Shown here: positions 27,398 to 35,520 of the stretch, one piece after another
Layout: each line of letters begins with the position of its first letter
Position numbering within the stretch: the stretch's first letter is position 1
Origin: an uncultured Candidatus Saccharibacteria bacterium
GTDB lineage: Bacteria > Patescibacteriota > Doudnabacteria > UBA920
Assembly: GCA_964532425.1 (NCBI GenBank)
Contig: CAZHIA010000008.1
Location: 13,224 to 77,223 of the forward strand
DNA length: 64,000 nucleotides
Direction: 5' to 3'
Translations under genes and position numbers: made by a program
The notes under the pieces: generated by a model
Told to the model about the DNA's origin: nothing
What the model saw: only the letters and a program-made list of their open reading frames with translations
Databases searched by the model: none

Positions 27398-28540
27398 TTA
27401 ATGTGCGGTCTGTTCCACCTGAGAAGCAACCGATACCGGCAAGTCTTGTTCTTTTTTTATGATCACGTATTTATTTTCCGGAAATTCGAAATTGCCCCAG
27501 CCGTACTTGTCGGGATCAAAACCGTTACCGCAAGCAGTTTCGATAAGTGCGGTGCAAATTTGGTACGGGTCTAAGTTGGCCGCTGGTCTGCGATCCTCGA
27601 GATAGCCGCGGCCTTTGTTCGCCGTGTCCATGGGGATGCGGATAGAAGCGCCGCGGTCGCTGACGCCGTAGCGGAAATCAAAAATGCTGCAGGTCTCATG
27701 CTTGCCGGTCAGGCGCTTGTCATTGTCCGCTCCGTACACGCGAATATGCTGCTTATGTAATTTGCCGAGCCGTTCGCATGTTTGCTTAATGTATTCGAGT
27801 CCGCCTTCCTCACGCATCTTGCGCGTGGAGAAGTTTGTGTGTCCGCCTGCTCCGTTCCAGTCGCCGCTCATAGGCTTAGGGTCAAGTTTTGCATAGGCAT
27901 TGTAGTCTTCACCCAGGCGGTAGAGGAGCCAGCGCGCCAGCCAGAGCTGGTCGGAAACTTCCAGGGGTGGCAGAGCGCCGATCTGGAATTCCCACTGGGC
28001 AGGCATAACTTCCGCATTAATGCCGGACAAAGCCAGGCCTGCTTCCAGACAAGCTCTGGCATGGGCTTCGACGAGCGGTCTTCCGTGGACTTCGTCGTAA
28101 CCGACTCCGCAATAATAGCGTCCTTGCGGGTGAGGAAATCCTTTTTCAGGCCAGCCAAGCGGCCAATCTTTGTCATAGAGCGTGTATTCCTGTTCGATGC
28201 CAAACAGCGATTCGTGGTCTTGGTAGGCTTCCGTTACCTTGGCCAATACATGGCGCGTGTTGCTCGGATGGGGCGTACCGTCCGCATTCATGACTTCACA
28301 CAGTACAAGGATGTTTTCACCGCCAGCTATGGGATCATTGGTAAAACAGGCGGGTTGCAACCTGCAGTCGGAGAAATGCCCTTCGGCCTGCTCAGTGGAA
28401 GAGCCATCAAAGCCCCACTGGGGGATGTCCTGCAATTTTCTGACCGGTCCGTCGATGATTTTTGTTTTTGACCGCAGCTTGGCGGTGGGCTTGCGCCCGT
28501 CTATCCAGATATACTCAGCCATGATTTTATGGTTGGACAT
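27398..28540 (-). CDS. glnII: glutamine synthetase type II (eukaryote-like GSII)
   Basis: AEYIWIDG..., GFDGSST, conserved GSII catalytic motifs. 380 aa, not the ~470-aa GSI. Confidence 0.85.
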   Translation of the reverse strand: MSNHKIMAEYIWIDGRKPTAKLRSKTKIIDGPVRKLQDIPQWGFDGSSTEQAEGHFSDCRLQPACFTNDPIAGGENILVLCEVMNADGTPHPSNTRHVLAKVTEAYQDHESLFGIEQEYTLYDKDWPLGWPEKGFPHPQGRYYCGVGYDEVHGRPLVEAHARACLEAGLALSGINAEVMPAQWEFQIGALPPLEVSDQLWLARWLLYRLGEDYNAYAKLDPKPMSGDWNGAGGHTNFSTRKMREEGGLEYIKQTCERLGKLHKQHIRVYGADNDKRLTGKHETCSIFDFRYGVSDRGASIRIPMDTANKGRGYLEDRRPAANLDPYQICTALIETACGNGFDPDKYGWGNFEFPENKYVIIKKEQDLPVSVASQVEQTAH

Positions 28541-28740
28541 ATATATGGGGCTCCTTTCTAAATTAATAGTGATTTTAAATTAAAAAACCCCGGCGGGGTG
28601 CCGGGGGTCTTAAAAACGCGCAGAGATGGTCGAGCGGGTGGAAGAGGAATGATCAATACAGATTGTTCGGTAGGGTGTAAACATATAAAAAATAATACCA
28701 AGATAAAAATATTAATGCAATGGGGAGAACTTCCAAATAA

Positions 28741-28768
28741 AAAACAGCCGTTTTTGCGGCTGTTTTTA
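28741..28768. terminator. terminator hairpin after the minus-strand membrane protein gene
   Basis: aaaacagccg-ttttt-gcggctgtttt. Confidence 0.5.
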
Positions 28769-28781
28769 TCTGCGCATCTAG

Positions 28782-29183
28782 CTATTGCGGTGGCAGCTGG
28801 ACGGGTTCTGAAACAGAACGTTTCTTTAAAGTCAGTCCCATGGCTATAGGGATCATGGGAATAAGCAGGTAGGTCAAACCAATGTCTTTAATGTAGTCGG
28901 CTACGGACATCTTCATGGGGCCCCAGTTAAAGAAGAACTGGTCGATGACTAGACTGGTCAGTAGCCAGATTATGCCGCTCTGCAAGCCAACTCGCAGGGG
29001 GCTGCCGGTGCTTTCTCGGAACTGCCTGACCGACATCCAGCAGGTAACAAACGTGATCACGACCGGCATGATCGATTCGAACAGTGCACGCTGGTTCTCC
29101 CGCAAAGGGAATGCCAGGATTCCAGCAATGAACGCTATGGCCCAAATTGCCAGACCGTAAATGAATGTATGCTTATAGGACAT
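28782..29183 (-). CDS. small hypothetical membrane protein (4 predicted TM helices)
   Basis: 133-aa hydrophobic ORF. No recognisable domain. Confidence 0.45.
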   Translation of the reverse strand: MSYKHTFIYGLAIWAIAFIAGILAFPLRENQRALFESIMPVVITFVTCWMSVRQFRESTGSPLRVGLQSGIIWLLTSLVIDQFFFNWGPMKMSVADYIKDIGLTYLLIPMIPIAMGLTLKKRSVSEPVQLPPQ

Positions 29184-29227
29184 GTTTATAGAATGAATGG
29201 TTGTTTACAGTATATCAGAAAAATTCC

Positions 29228-29875
29228 TTATATTGAACGTATTTCTCCGTAGATGGCGAATGGTTTTCCAAGGTCGAACGCCCAAAGCTGGTTGCCGTAA
29301 TCGAAGTGCCACCATTCTTCTTGATATTCATGGAAACCGGCGGCTTCCATAGCCTCGCGCAGGAGTTTGCGGTTGTTTTGGACGGTTTGGTCGATGGAAT
29401 GCTCGTCAAAGTACCGCGAGCGGGCAGCGGGTCCGAAAAAATCGAAACCTGTTCCCATGTCGAGTTCCTGTCCGTTCGCATCAACCAGCGTGAGATCGAC
29501 CGCCCCGCCCGTGGCATGGGGTGGAATAATTGCCTGGTCAGAGGCACTCGCGATATAGATTGTTGCCTCTGTTTCGATTTTTTCTTGCGGCCATTCCGGA
29601 TGCTGCGCACGTAAATGGTCAAAATATTTTCGGTACAATGCATCCTGCACGCCTCTTGGGCGGTAGCCGTCCCAAATTTTCAGTTTATAATTACCCAGGG
29701 ATTGCTGTGCAGTTACCAGCTTTTCCGCGGCACCCTCCCTGAGCAGGATCCTACGTTCCGCGGTCAGGCCCGTACGGAAGTACCGCGGCTCGAGGACAAA
29801 ATCGAAAATGGCAAGATCCACGAGTGGTTCATTGTTGTCGCGGATGGGAATGGATGAAGGGCTTTGGTCGCTCAT
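29228..29875 (-). CDS. D-alanyl-D-alanine dipeptidase (VanX/DdpX family, M15D)
   Basis: Zn-ligand motifs PPHATGGAVDLTL (SxHxxGxAxD) and EWWHFD. The ORF extends to 29965, but the M at 29875 is the more likely start. Confidence 0.75.
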   Translation of the reverse strand: MSDQSPSSIPIRDNNEPLVDLAIFDFVLEPRYFRTGLTAERRILLREGAAEKLVTAQQSLGNYKLKIWDGYRPRGVQDALYRKYFDHLRAQHPEWPQEKIETEATIYIASASDQAIIPPHATGGAVDLTLVDANGQELDMGTGFDFFGPAARSRYFDEHSIDQTVQNNRKLLREAMEAAGFHEYQEEWWHFDYGNQLWAFDLGKPFAIYGEIRSI

Positions 29876-29978
29876 GGAAGTATTATACAGCAATCGTAAG
29901 GAGTGGTGTTTCCGGTCGCGGTTTTCGTCTGGTATAATTGTTTCAGTAATGCTTACCAGAAGCAAAGTAACTATACAT

Positions 29979-30818
29979 ATGAATTTTAATATCGCTCATC
30001 GGCCCAAGATCGGACTGGCTCTCGGCAGCGGGGGAGCCAGGGGACTTTCGATTATTGGCGTGCTGAAAGTGCTGGAAGCCGAAAAGATTCCCATCGACTG
30101 CATTGCCGGGTCGAGCATTGGCGCCATGATCGGCGGTTTTTACGCGGCCGGCCTCACTGTGTCCGAAATAGAAAAGATCGCGCTCAATACCAACTGGAAA
30201 CTAATGTTTTCTCTGCTCGATCCGCACATGAGGGATGGTCTCATCGGCGGCGAAAAAGTAAAGAAATTCATTGAGGATCATCTCGGGAAAAAGACTTTTG
30301 CCGAGTGTCGGCTCCCCTTTGCCGCGGTCGCCACCGACCTCAAGAGCGGGGAAGAAGTTGTGATGGATGCCGGCGATCTGGCCAGTGCCATTCGGGCGAG
30401 TATATCCGTACCGCTCGTGTTCCAGCCGGTTAAGCGGGAGGAACGGGTTTTGGCCGACGGCGGTCTTTCCTTGCCTGTACCGGTAAGTCCAGCCCGGCGT
30501 TTGGGGGCGGACTTTGTGATTGCGGTGAATCTCGATAATTATAGTGCTGAGAAGGACGGGAAACTCGGGCTGTATGATGTAGCGGATATGTCCCTAAGTA
30601 TCGTGCGTCATCAGCTGGCCATGCGAGATTGCAGAGATGCAGACCTGACCATTGCTCCCAACGTTTCCAAAACCGGCTGGCACCAGTTCTTGGACGGCAA
30701 GGATTTGGTCGAGGCTGGAGAAAAAGCTGCCATGTCCTTAATGCCCCAGCTGCACGAACTTCTCCATCGCCATACGGGTATGCATTTGGATAAGTTCTTG
30801 AAGTTCTTTGAAGGGTAA
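29979..30818 (+). CDS. patatin-like phospholipase
   Basis: GLALGSGGARG (oxyanion GGxR/GxGxxG), GSSIG (GxSxG nucleophile), downstream DGG. The start at 29979 (MNFNIAH) is in frame with the longer ORF from 29808. Confidence 0.75.
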   Translation: MNFNIAHRPKIGLALGSGGARGLSIIGVLKVLEAEKIPIDCIAGSSIGAMIGGFYAAGLTVSEIEKIALNTNWKLMFSLLDPHMRDGLIGGEKVKKFIEDHLGKKTFAECRLPFAAVATDLKSGEEVVMDAGDLASAIRASISVPLVFQPVKREERVLADGGLSLPVPVSPARRLGADFVIAVNLDNYSAEKDGKLGLYDVADMSLSIVRHQLAMRDCRDADLTIAPNVSKTGWHQFLDGKDLVEAGEKAAMSLMPQLHELLHRHTGMHLDKFLKFFEG

Positions 30819-30943
30819 TCGTCAGTTTTGGTGAATATGTTGTACAACGATTTGTACTGCCATGACTTCAGTTGACAATGTGAAGCGTGAGTATAATAAA
30901 ACGCGCGTCTGCGCGTTTTATTAGTCGTGTTATTAGAACAGGC

Positions 30944-31729
30944 TTAGCGGGTGGATTTTCCCCACAATGACTCAAATAGTGTTTTGAAGTTGTCCGCCAA
31001 ATGTTGGTTGGTGATTTTTATGCCGACCAAGTTGTTCTGTTCCATGGAGAGAATGCTGGTAATGTCGCCAATGATATACATGGCGAATTGTTTGACGGCA
31101 TGCTGTTTGGGTAGGAATCGGAATTCCAGCGCTTTCTTGGTCTGGTAGAGCTTGTTTGATCGGGCCTCGACGGGGGAGCGGTTAACCAGTAGTTTGGTAT
31201 GGATATTCTTTTCGATCTTGAGCCGTTTGACCCGGTCGTGCCAGTCCTGCGCAAAGATAAATTCCCAATCTTTTTGCCAGACGAACTCATCGCGCAATAA
31301 ATAGAGGGTGGATTCAGGCGGGGCTTCCCGCATCATGGAAAGGTAAACTTTCTTGAGTCCTTCCTGGCCTTCGAAGATCACCACTTGCGGCACGTTCAGG
31401 CCTTTCCTACCAAACATGGTAAAGGTATCTTTCAGCGCTTCTAGCATCTTGAACTTGCCGTCAAGTTCATTCTTTTCTTTTTGGAGAAGCTGTTCCAGGG
31501 TTGTATGGTCCTGGGCAATGAACTGTTTGACGTTATTTTTGTAGGTGGTTGACACGAGACCCTTCGCGGTCAGTGCATGGAGGGTGGTGTAGACGCTGCT
31601 GCGCGAGAGGTTGCATTTTTTCGCGATGTACGTGGCGCCGGCAGGGGAGGACTGCAAAAGCACGGCATAGATGAGTGCCTCGTAGTCGGAAAGCCCGAGC
31701 TGCTTGAATTGTTGGGTGACTTGGTCCAT
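30944..31729 (-). CDS. TrmB-family transcriptional regulator (second copy)
   Basis: wHTH LSDYEALIYAVLLQSSPAGATYIAKKCNLSRSSVYTTLHALTAKGLV with a TrmB-like C-domain. Start taken at MDQVTQQ (31729). Confidence 0.7.
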   Translation of the reverse strand: MDQVTQQFKQLGLSDYEALIYAVLLQSSPAGATYIAKKCNLSRSSVYTTLHALTAKGLVSTTYKNNVKQFIAQDHTTLEQLLQKEKNELDGKFKMLEALKDTFTMFGRKGLNVPQVVIFEGQEGLKKVYLSMMREAPPESTLYLLRDEFVWQKDWEFIFAQDWHDRVKRLKIEKNIHTKLLVNRSPVEARSNKLYQTKKALEFRFLPKQHAVKQFAMYIIGDITSILSMEQNNLVGIKITNQHLADNFKTLFESLWGKSTR

Positions 31730-31824
31730 ATAGATTCTGTTGTCGGAATTGTACGACACATTGTACAATCTTGTCAACCGCGATATGGTGAGGGTGGTAC
31801 ATTCGAAAATCAAGGAGGCAGTGT

Positions 31825-33267
31825 ATGGGACAGCCGGGTTTTACCTCAGCACCGATTATTCAGCAGCAGGAGTTGACCTGGAAATGTAATAACTCCTGCG
31901 CGTTTTGTTACAATCCGGAACGCTGCGTGGAGCAGTTCCAACCGCGCGCGAGCGACCGGAAGTGCAATGTGGCCGTAGCCGAAGAATCGGTAAAACGGGG
32001 AGTTATGGCAGTCTGCCCGACCGGCGGCGAACCGTTGCTTGTCGGAGATCATTTGTTCGAGATACTTGATATCTACAAGCAGGCCGGGTGCTATACCAGT
32101 ATCAATACGAACGGTCGGCTAGTGACAGAAGTGAATGCGGGCAAGCTGGCGCAGGCCAAGCTCAACACGGCACTGGTCTCCATTCATGGGGTTGGCGAGC
32201 TCCACGACCGGATGGTTGGCATCCCTGGTGCGTTCGCAGAAACCCTTGGTGGAATTGAGCGACTGCGCGGCCAGGGAGTGTCAGTCACTCCCAATTTCGT
32301 GGCTACGGCCAAGAACATTTCGGGACTGCGCCCGGTAGGGCAGCTGCTGGCAATCCATGGCCTGAAGGCTATGACAGTCACGCCTTTTCTACCTTCGTGG
32401 GGATCGCAGGGACATTGCGGATTTGTGCTGCAGACCGCAGACTATCGTGCCTACTTTGAAGCCATACGGTACATTCGGACACTTGGCGTGACGATTGATT
32501 CCACGTTGCCTATCCCGCCGTGCGTACTGGTGCGGCATTTTCCTCAAAACTGGCAAGAGTATCTCGACGTGCATTCCCCCCGGGTCTGCATGGCCGGACG
32601 CTCGTTCGGTGTCGTCTCGCCGGATGGCAAGTTCCGGGCCTGTATCCAGGCGCCCTATTTGGTAGACTTCGGGGGATTGGTTACAGAGAGTTATTCGGCG
32701 AGCTGGCGTAGAGCGAATGGGTGGGCGGATCTTACCATGATCCCTGATGCGTGCCGCGACTGTGCCGCTCTGGATGTGTGCGGTGGTGGATGTCGGACTA
32801 GCTGTATGTGGGAAAATAACGGCTCGGTGACCGGGTCGACCATGTATATGGGAAAGCCGTTAACTTCGCAGGAAGCCCGGCCTTTTCTCGATCGGGTAGT
32901 GTGGACAGGGGAGCTGCCGGCAGGCACCTGCTTCCGCTTGGCCGAAGGAGTAAAAGTGAGGGATGAAGGCTGGGGTGTGATCGCTTGTAATCCTGCATAC
33001 CAGTCGTTTACCGTTCTCTCCCCGGAAGCACGATCCTATCTCAATCGGGGAGTGGTATACACCTTCAATTCTCAAAAGATTGCCCGGGTACTGTCCGCCA
33101 TCAAGGCGATCGAGCCCGTGAGTAGTATTGGGCAGGTTGCGCAGTGGCCGGATACTATTTCCGTCCTGCCGGGCAATATCCTGCTCCCGCGTCTGGCGCG
33201 GCATTTAACCGATTCAGGTCATATTTACTGCCTGCGGGCAGATACGGGAGAGAGGTATTTCTTTTAA
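31825..33267 (+). CDS. radical SAM enzyme with C-terminal SPASM/twitch domain (peptide/protein-modifying maturase type)
   Basis: CNNSCAFC (Cx3Cx2C) near the N-terminus, a GGEPLL motif, and a C-terminal Cys cluster CRDCAALDVCGGGCRTSCMW. Confidence 0.7.
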   Translation: MGQPGFTSAPIIQQQELTWKCNNSCAFCYNPERCVEQFQPRASDRKCNVAVAEESVKRGVMAVCPTGGEPLLVGDHLFEILDIYKQAGCYTSINTNGRLVTEVNAGKLAQAKLNTALVSIHGVGELHDRMVGIPGAFAETLGGIERLRGQGVSVTPNFVATAKNISGLRPVGQLLAIHGLKAMTVTPFLPSWGSQGHCGFVLQTADYRAYFEAIRYIRTLGVTIDSTLPIPPCVLVRHFPQNWQEYLDVHSPRVCMAGRSFGVVSPDGKFRACIQAPYLVDFGGLVTESYSASWRRANGWADLTMIPDACRDCAALDVCGGGCRTSCMWENNGSVTGSTMYMGKPLTSQEARPFLDRVVWTGELPAGTCFRLAEGVKVRDEGWGVIACNPAYQSFTVLSPEARSYLNRGVVYTFNSQKIARVLSAIKAIEPVSSIGQVAQWPDTISVLPGNILLPRLARHLTDSGHIYCLRADTGERYFF

Positions 33268-33350
33268 AGGGGGATTAGAGCCAAGAGAAAATTACAATCA
33301 AAAAGAGCAATGGGAATTCCCATTGCTCTTTAATTTGTTGTGGTTCCAGG

Positions 33351-33707
33351 CTATTGCTTCGGTTCAACTACCACTGCCGTACCGTAAGCAAGGACTTCGG
33401 TGACGCCGCCCATGATTTCCGTGGCATCGTAGCGCGCGCCAATGACGGCGTTGGCGCCCATTTCGCCTGCGTGGTCCAGCATGAGATTGAATGCGTCTTC
33501 GCGGGTTTTTTCGCAGAGCTCGGTATAGAGGGAAATGTTGCCCCCTACGATTGTCTGGAGTGCTGCTCCGATATTACCTATCACGGATCGCGACCGGACA
33601 ATAATGCCCCGGGAAACCCCAAGGGTTTTCACAATTCGGAAATTGTCCAATTCAAACCCTGTCGTGACCATAGTGTGGCTGACCGGAGCTTTGGGAGTGG
33701 TTTCCAT
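33351..33707 (-). CDS. YbjQ/UPF0145 family protein
   Basis: 118 aa with conserved GG...IVGG...GANAV...G(T/S)AV pattern typical of YbjQ. Confidence 0.6.
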   Translation of the reverse strand: METTPKAPVSHTMVTTGFELDNFRIVKTLGVSRGIIVRSRSVIGNIGAALQTIVGGNISLYTELCEKTREDAFNLMLDHAGEMGANAVIGARYDATEIMGGVTEVLAYGTAVVVEPKQ

Positions 33708-33803
33708 ATATTTGTACAGTTAATAACTGGTTTGATTGTAGCACGTTTTATCTCCTGGTGGATTTCAGAACGATATACCCGTGTGCAATTATTGTGTTAT
33801 CAT

Positions 33804-34541
33804 ATGGTCATGAAAAACATAAGCCACGTGGACCCTGTTGCGTTGAGTAAATTCATTAATATCTTGAGGGGGCATCTTGCCTCAAAGGGGTTTTTTGAAT
33901 ATCATTTGTATTCCACTCAGGATTACAAGATAGAAGGTGCTCGAACTTTTCAAATTAAGCCGGAGCTTTATTTGCGTTATAATCCTGAACCGGACATTTG
34001 GCAGATAGGAAATCAGTTCGATAAATTTTTTTGGATAGGGAGCATGTATCGTGACGAGGAGCGGTTGACTCGGTTCCACCGGTATGAATTTACAGTTATG
34101 GACGTGTATATGAGCAATGGTAAAGTGCGGGATGTGGTAGGTTATTTTATCGAATACCTTAAAGTTTTGGAGAAAGGATTGAAGCTCAAAAATAAACTTT
34201 CTCGACTACCAGTCAAATTTTGCAAATACAAGGAGTTTAAAATGCTCACTAGGACCGAAAAAGAAAGAGCATGGTACGTAGTAACCGGTTATCCAAAAGA
34301 CGAGTCTTTCTATGATGAGCTGGAAGCTGGTGGGGATGCTACGAGGAAATTTGAGATATTCCATTATAGTACGGGTAGAGTGTTAGAGATTGCGGCTTGC
34401 GGGATCTTGGGAGAAAATCATAATCCGAAGATGTTTGTCAGGGACGGTAAAAAGTTTTTACAGGGAGAAGTCTTAAGAAAAAAATTTGTAGGCTTTGGCA
34501 TGGGCATTGAGAGGCTTATGTATTTATATTGCATGAATTAG
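33804..34541 (+). CDS. class II aminoacyl-tRNA-synthetase-like catalytic core protein (AsnA/EpmA-like stand-alone domain)
   Basis: Class II motif 2 (FHRYEFTVMDVY) and motif 3 (GFGMGIERLMYLY). About 245 aa only. The longer ORF from 33354 overlaps the opposite-strand YbjQ gene, so it is trimmed to the ATG at 33804. Confidence 0.5.
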   Translation: MVMKNISHVDPVALSKFINILRGHLASKGFFEYHLYSTQDYKIEGARTFQIKPELYLRYNPEPDIWQIGNQFDKFFWIGSMYRDEERLTRFHRYEFTVMDVYMSNGKVRDVVGYFIEYLKVLEKGLKLKNKLSRLPVKFCKYKEFKMLTRTEKERAWYVVTGYPKDESFYDELEAGGDATRKFEIFHYSTGRVLEIAACGILGENHNPKMFVRDGKKFLQGEVLRKKFVGFGMGIERLMYLYCMN

Positions 34542-34593
34542 GTTGGTGTTGACTACAAAATACCCTATGGTCTTTAGACCATAGGGTATTTTA

Positions 34594-34683
34594 TGGCGGA
34601 GAGAGGGGGATTCGAACCCCCGAGGCCCTTTCGAACCTACTTGCTTTCCAAGCAAGCGCACTCGACCACTATGCGATCTCTCC
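34594..34683 (-). tRNA. tRNA-Ser (anticodon GGA) with long variable arm and encoded CCA
   Basis: Reverse complement folds as a cloverleaf: 7-bp acceptor ggagaga/tctctcc, anticodon loop ttGGAaa, long extra arm, T-arm gggggttcgaatccccc, 3' gcca. Confidence 0.85.
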
Positions 34684-34777
34684 AGAACGCCTAATTGCTC
34701 AATAATTCTAGCATCATTACGACAATTTGCCAAGGTTGCTTAAGCTGCGGTTTTTCTGGTACAGTGAAAGTAGGAAT

Positions 34778-35359
34778 ATGCAATATTTAAACGAAAAAAT
34801 CCTTAAAGCGTTCCAATTCGCAGCCATTGCCCATACGGGCCAAAAGCGGAAAGATCCTTTTGCAACCCCCTATTTTTCCCATCCGGCGGCTGTGGCCATG
34901 GTCCTCGCCAGGGCCGGTTTTAGCGATGAACTGGTGATGGCCGGGGCGCTGCACGATACGATAGAGGATGCTACGGTGACCTTGCCGCAATTACAGCAGG
35001 AATTCGGCGACCATGTGGCGGAATTGGTGTTCGGCGTTACGGAAGATAAAAAGCTCCCCTGGGCTGAACGCAAAAAGGCTTATAACGAAAGCATTGCAAT
35101 CGCTTCCGACGAGGTGAAGATTTTAAGCGCGGCTGATCTTTTGGCGAACTGCACTTCGCTGCTCCTGGTTCTGCAAGCAGGGGTAAACCCATGGCCCAGT
35201 TTTTCGAAAGATCCTAAGGAATATGTCCAGCGTGTTCGCGCAGTCGACCGCCAGCGTCTGGCCTGCATTAAAGAGAACTTCTATCATCCGCTCGTGGACG
35301 AATTGGAGAAGGTGATGGGGGAAGTGGAGAAGCTTACGGATAAACTTAACTGGAATTGA
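34778..35359 (+). CDS. HD-domain phosphohydrolase (SpoT/Mesh1-like (p)ppGpp hydrolase domain)
   Basis: AIAHTGQKRK...PYFSHPAAVAMVL...ALHDTIEDA HD motif. 193 aa from MQYLNEK. Confidence 0.6.
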   Translation: MQYLNEKILKAFQFAAIAHTGQKRKDPFATPYFSHPAAVAMVLARAGFSDELVMAGALHDTIEDATVTLPQLQQEFGDHVAELVFGVTEDKKLPWAERKKAYNESIAIASDEVKILSAADLLANCTSLLLVLQAGVNPWPSFSKDPKEYVQRVRAVDRQRLACIKENFYHPLVDELEKVMGEVEKLTDKLNWN

Positions 35360-35410
35360 CAAAATTTAAATAATTTAAAAAATTGACAAAAACGGCAAAC
35401 GATAATTTCT

Positions 35411-35470
35411 TTAGATAGCTGCCGTCCCGAGCACGCGAGGGATCCCTCACTGCGTTCGGGACGACCTGAA
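35411..35470 (+). promoter_or_regulatory. GC-rich nested palindrome (gtcccgagc...gagggatccctc...gttcgggac) flanked by TTGACAAAA motifs on both strands, upstream of dnaG
   Basis: Read directly from the sequence. Either a terminator for the HD gene or a regulatory or structured element in the dnaG leader. Confidence 0.35.
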
Positions 35471-35520
35471 GGTCGTTTTGCTCAATTTTGTCAATTATGT
35501 CATTTTTGTCAATATAACTT

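Noticed and set aside
27782-28471. 229-aa plus-strand ORF opposite glnII; 18619-19428 plus-strand ORF opposite the LDH-like gene; 17189-17782 opposite glycerate kinase.
   Set aside because: Antisense shadows of confidently identified enzymes.
31770-31800. gagggtggtac, which resembles the T-box antiterminator core (AGGGTGGNACCGCG), upstream of the radical SAM gene.
   Set aside because: Only a partial match. No specifier hairpin or terminator follows. The downstream gene is not an aminoacyl-tRNA synthetase or an amino-acid gene. It sits in a short divergent promoter region.
33354-33803. 5' extension of the 395-aa plus-strand ORF 33354-34541.
   Set aside because: It overlaps the well-supported opposite-strand YbjQ gene (33351-33707) and lacks aaRS-like sequence. 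The aaRS-like CDS is trimmed to the ATG at 33804.
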